A stretch of 64,000 nt of DNA from Chlorobiota bacterium (GTDB lineage Bacteria > Bacteroidota > Ignavibacteria > Tepidaquicellales > OLB5): the NCBI GenBank assembly GCA_022616535.1, contig JAKEEM010000035.1, forward strand, positions 718-64,717. The letters run 5' to 3'. Position 1 is the first letter of the stretch. Each line of letters starts with the position of its first letter. The position numbers and the translations under genes are program-made. Shown here in pieces: positions 61,899 through 64,000 of the stretch. The notes under the pieces were generated by a model. That model did no database searches. It was not told the DNA's origin and saw nothing but the letters and a program-made list of their open reading frames with translations.

Positions 61899-63671
61899 TT
61901 GCCAACAGCCAAAGTTCTTGTCGTTGAAGATGAGTCCATAACTGCTAAGGAGATTCAGAAGAGTCTCGAGCGGCTTGGCTACTCGGTTGCAGCGGTAACC
62001 GATAACGGTTTGGATGCTATTAATTTAGCAAAGCAGACAAACCCTGATTTAGTTTTGATGGACATTGTTTTAAAGGGGCCAATTGACGGAATCAAAGCGT
62101 CGGCAAAGATTAACGAGCTGCAAAAAATACCGATTGTTTATTTAACCGCCCATCAGGATGAGGAAACTATAGAACGGTCAAAGCAAACAAATCCTTACGG
62201 CTATTTGCTGAAACCATTGAATGAGCGTGATTTAAACTCCTGCATAAGACTGGCTTTGTACCGTCATGAAATGGAAGGGAAGCTTAAAGAAAGTGAAGAC
62301 CGCTTTAACGCTTTAACGGAGGTTGCCCTTTCGGCAATTATAATTATTTACGGCGATAAGTTTATTTATGCAAACCCTCATGCTGAAGCGCTGACCGGTT
62401 ATAATTTTCATGAATTGAAAAATATGAATTTCTGGGATGTTGTTCATCCTGATTTCAAAGAGCTGGTTAAACAGAGGGGACTTGCAAGGCAGCGCGGTGA
62501 AAACGTTCCCGCTTCTTATGAATTTAAAATCGTAACTAAATCGGGAGAAGAAAAGTGGGTTCAAACATCGGCTACGCTGACCGAATATGAAAGCAAAAAA
62601 TGCACCCTTGCAATAGTTTTCGATATTACCGAAAGAAAGTATGCAGAGGGAATACTTAAACAAAGTGAAGAAAAGTTTCGAGCAGTCTCCGAATCGACCC
62701 CCGCGCAAATTGTTATTTATCAGGGCAATAAATTTGTTTATGTTAATCCGTATTCCGAAATAATGTCAGGTTATTCCAAAGATGAGCTTTTAAAAATTAA
62801 TTTTTGGGACCTCGTTCATCCTGAATACAAAGAGCTTGCGCGCCAAAGGGGGCTCGCAAGACAAAACGGCGAAGACGTTCCGAGCAATTACGAATTAAAA
62901 ATAATAACAAAGTCCGGTGAAGAAAAATGGCTCGATTATTCAGCAAAAGTAATAGACTATAACGGAAAGCCCGCCATTCTAGGAATTTCTGTTGATATAA
63001 CCGCCCGTAAAAAAATTGAACAGCGCCTGCAGCAATCATTAAGCGAAAAAGAAATACTGCTTAAGGAAATTCACCACAGAGTTAAGAATAATCTTCAGAT
63101 TGTTACAAGTTTGTTAAAGCTGCAGTCAAGCTACGTTGATGATGAAAAAGTGAAGCTGTTATTTAAAGAAAGCCAGAACCGTGTTCAGTCCATGGCTTTA
63201 ATCCACCAGAAGCTTTACCAGACAAAGGATTTATCGCACATTGATTTCAAGGAATACATCGAGACGCTTGCCCTTCATCTTCAGCACTCATACGGAGTGC
63301 TTGAGGACAAGGTAAAAATTATCATCGATGTTAAAAATCTCGAAATGCCGATAGATAATGCTGTTCCGGCGGGACTAATCATCAACGAGCTTATTTCGAA
63401 CTCGCTTAAATATGCTTTTCCCGGCGGTGAAAGCGGAAAAATTTTCATTAACCTTGCATTCGATGACATCGAAAAAGAATACTGGCTCTCCCTCAGAGAT
63501 ACAGGTATCGGAATCCCATCAGATTTTGATTTTAAAAATGCAAACACTTTCGGCCTGAAGCTTGTAACAACGCTTGTAGAACAAATGGGCGGTTCTGTTG
63601 AGCTTGTTTCCTCAGGCGGCTGCGAGTTCAGAATTACATTCAAAAGTTCAGACTACAAAACAAGAGAGTAA
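61899..63671 (+). CDS. Hybrid REC-PAS-PAS-HisKA_2 histidine kinase
   Basis: VLVVEDE, DLVLMDI, KP receiver; two PAS/PAC domains; EIHHRVKNNLQ H-box; NELISNSLKYAF, DTGIGIP. Confidence 0.9.
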   Translation: MPTAKVLVVEDESITAKEIQKSLERLGYSVAAVTDNGLDAINLAKQTNPDLVLMDIVLKGPIDGIKASAKINELQKIPIVYLTAHQDEETIERSKQTNPYGYLLKPLNERDLNSCIRLALYRHEMEGKLKESEDRFNALTEVALSAIIIIYGDKFIYANPHAEALTGYNFHELKNMNFWDVVHPDFKELVKQRGLARQRGENVPASYEFKIVTKSGEEKWVQTSATLTEYESKKCTLAIVFDITERKYAEGILKQSEEKFRAVSESTPAQIVIYQGNKFVYVNPYSEIMSGYSKDELLKINFWDLVHPEYKELARQRGLARQNGEDVPSNYELKIITKSGEEKWLDYSAKVIDYNGKPAILGISVDITARKKIEQRLQQSLSEKEILLKEIHHRVKNNLQIVTSLLKLQSSYVDDEKVKLLFKESQNRVQSMALIHQKLYQTKDLSHIDFKEYIETLALHLQHSYGVLEDKVKIIIDVKNLEMPIDNAVPAGLIINELISNSLKYAFPGGESGKIFINLAFDDIEKEYWLSLRDTGIGIPSDFDFKNANTFGLKLVTTLVEQMGGSVELVSSGGCEFRITFKSSDYKTRE

Positions 63672-63762
63672 GTTTTGATTTTTTAAAGTTTAACACAATT
63701 CCCTTGCAATAATTAGCCGGTTTTTCTATTTTATTACAACGAATTTAAAAAGGAGGTATTTT

Positions 63763-64000
63763 ATGTACATCCTTAGTAAAATTGATGCCTGGGCTGAAAG
63801 GCATCATCCGAAATGGATTGACGTACTCAGAATTCTCCTCGGTTTAATCCTCCTCTACAAAGGTCTTTATTTCATTTCCAACACACAGGCAATCGTTGCA
63901 CTTTTGCAAAACACGGAGTTTGAGCTGTGGGCAATTACGATTGCGCATTATGTAGTCGCAGCACATATTATGGGCGGACTCTTAATAGCCATCGGGCTAT
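63763..64000 (+). CDS. DoxX family membrane protein, 3'-partial
   Basis: AGGAGG SD; HHPKWIDVLRILLGLILLYKG...AHIMGGLLIAIGL; open to the window end. Confidence 0.75.
   Translation, partial: MYILSKIDAWAERHHPKWIDVLRILLGLILLYKGLYFISNTQAIVALLQNTEFELWAITIAHYVVAAHIMGGLLIAIGL

Overview
The window looks like chromosomal DNA from an Ignavibacteria-type (FCB group) bacterium. This is inferred from many type IX secretion (T9SS) C-terminal domains with the QNYPNPFNP motif, TAnnTTTG-like promoter elements and Shine-Dalgarno use. Housekeeping genes include obgE, surE, ruvB, mpg, mdh, rpmA, rplU, gdhA, a split methylmalonyl-CoA mutase large subunit, groES/groEL with a perfect CIRCE, rdgB, tRNA-Ala(GGC) and tRNA-Thr(TGT). 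I found no CRISPR array, transposase, integrase, reverse transcriptase or phage gene. The strongest unexplained signals are five. (1) GTAG-type REP hairpins sit in frame at the same loop of three T9SS sorting domains. (2) An identical 19-bp palindrome (CCTGCCTGCTGCAGGCAGG) is inserted precisely, with no target duplication, at A^C inside other repeats at three sites. (3) A tandem array of secreted paralogs has a conserved framework, Cys-rich variable loops, shared CTD sequence and clustered homopolymer frameshifts including a G10 tract. (4) One gene cluster holds two different SdhAB pairs around a single Sdh1-type membrane anchor. (5) A receiver/PEP-synthase ATP-grasp fusion lies near gdhA. All product calls come from motif recognition only, with no database searches. 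Several single-base frameshifts may be long-read assembly errors.
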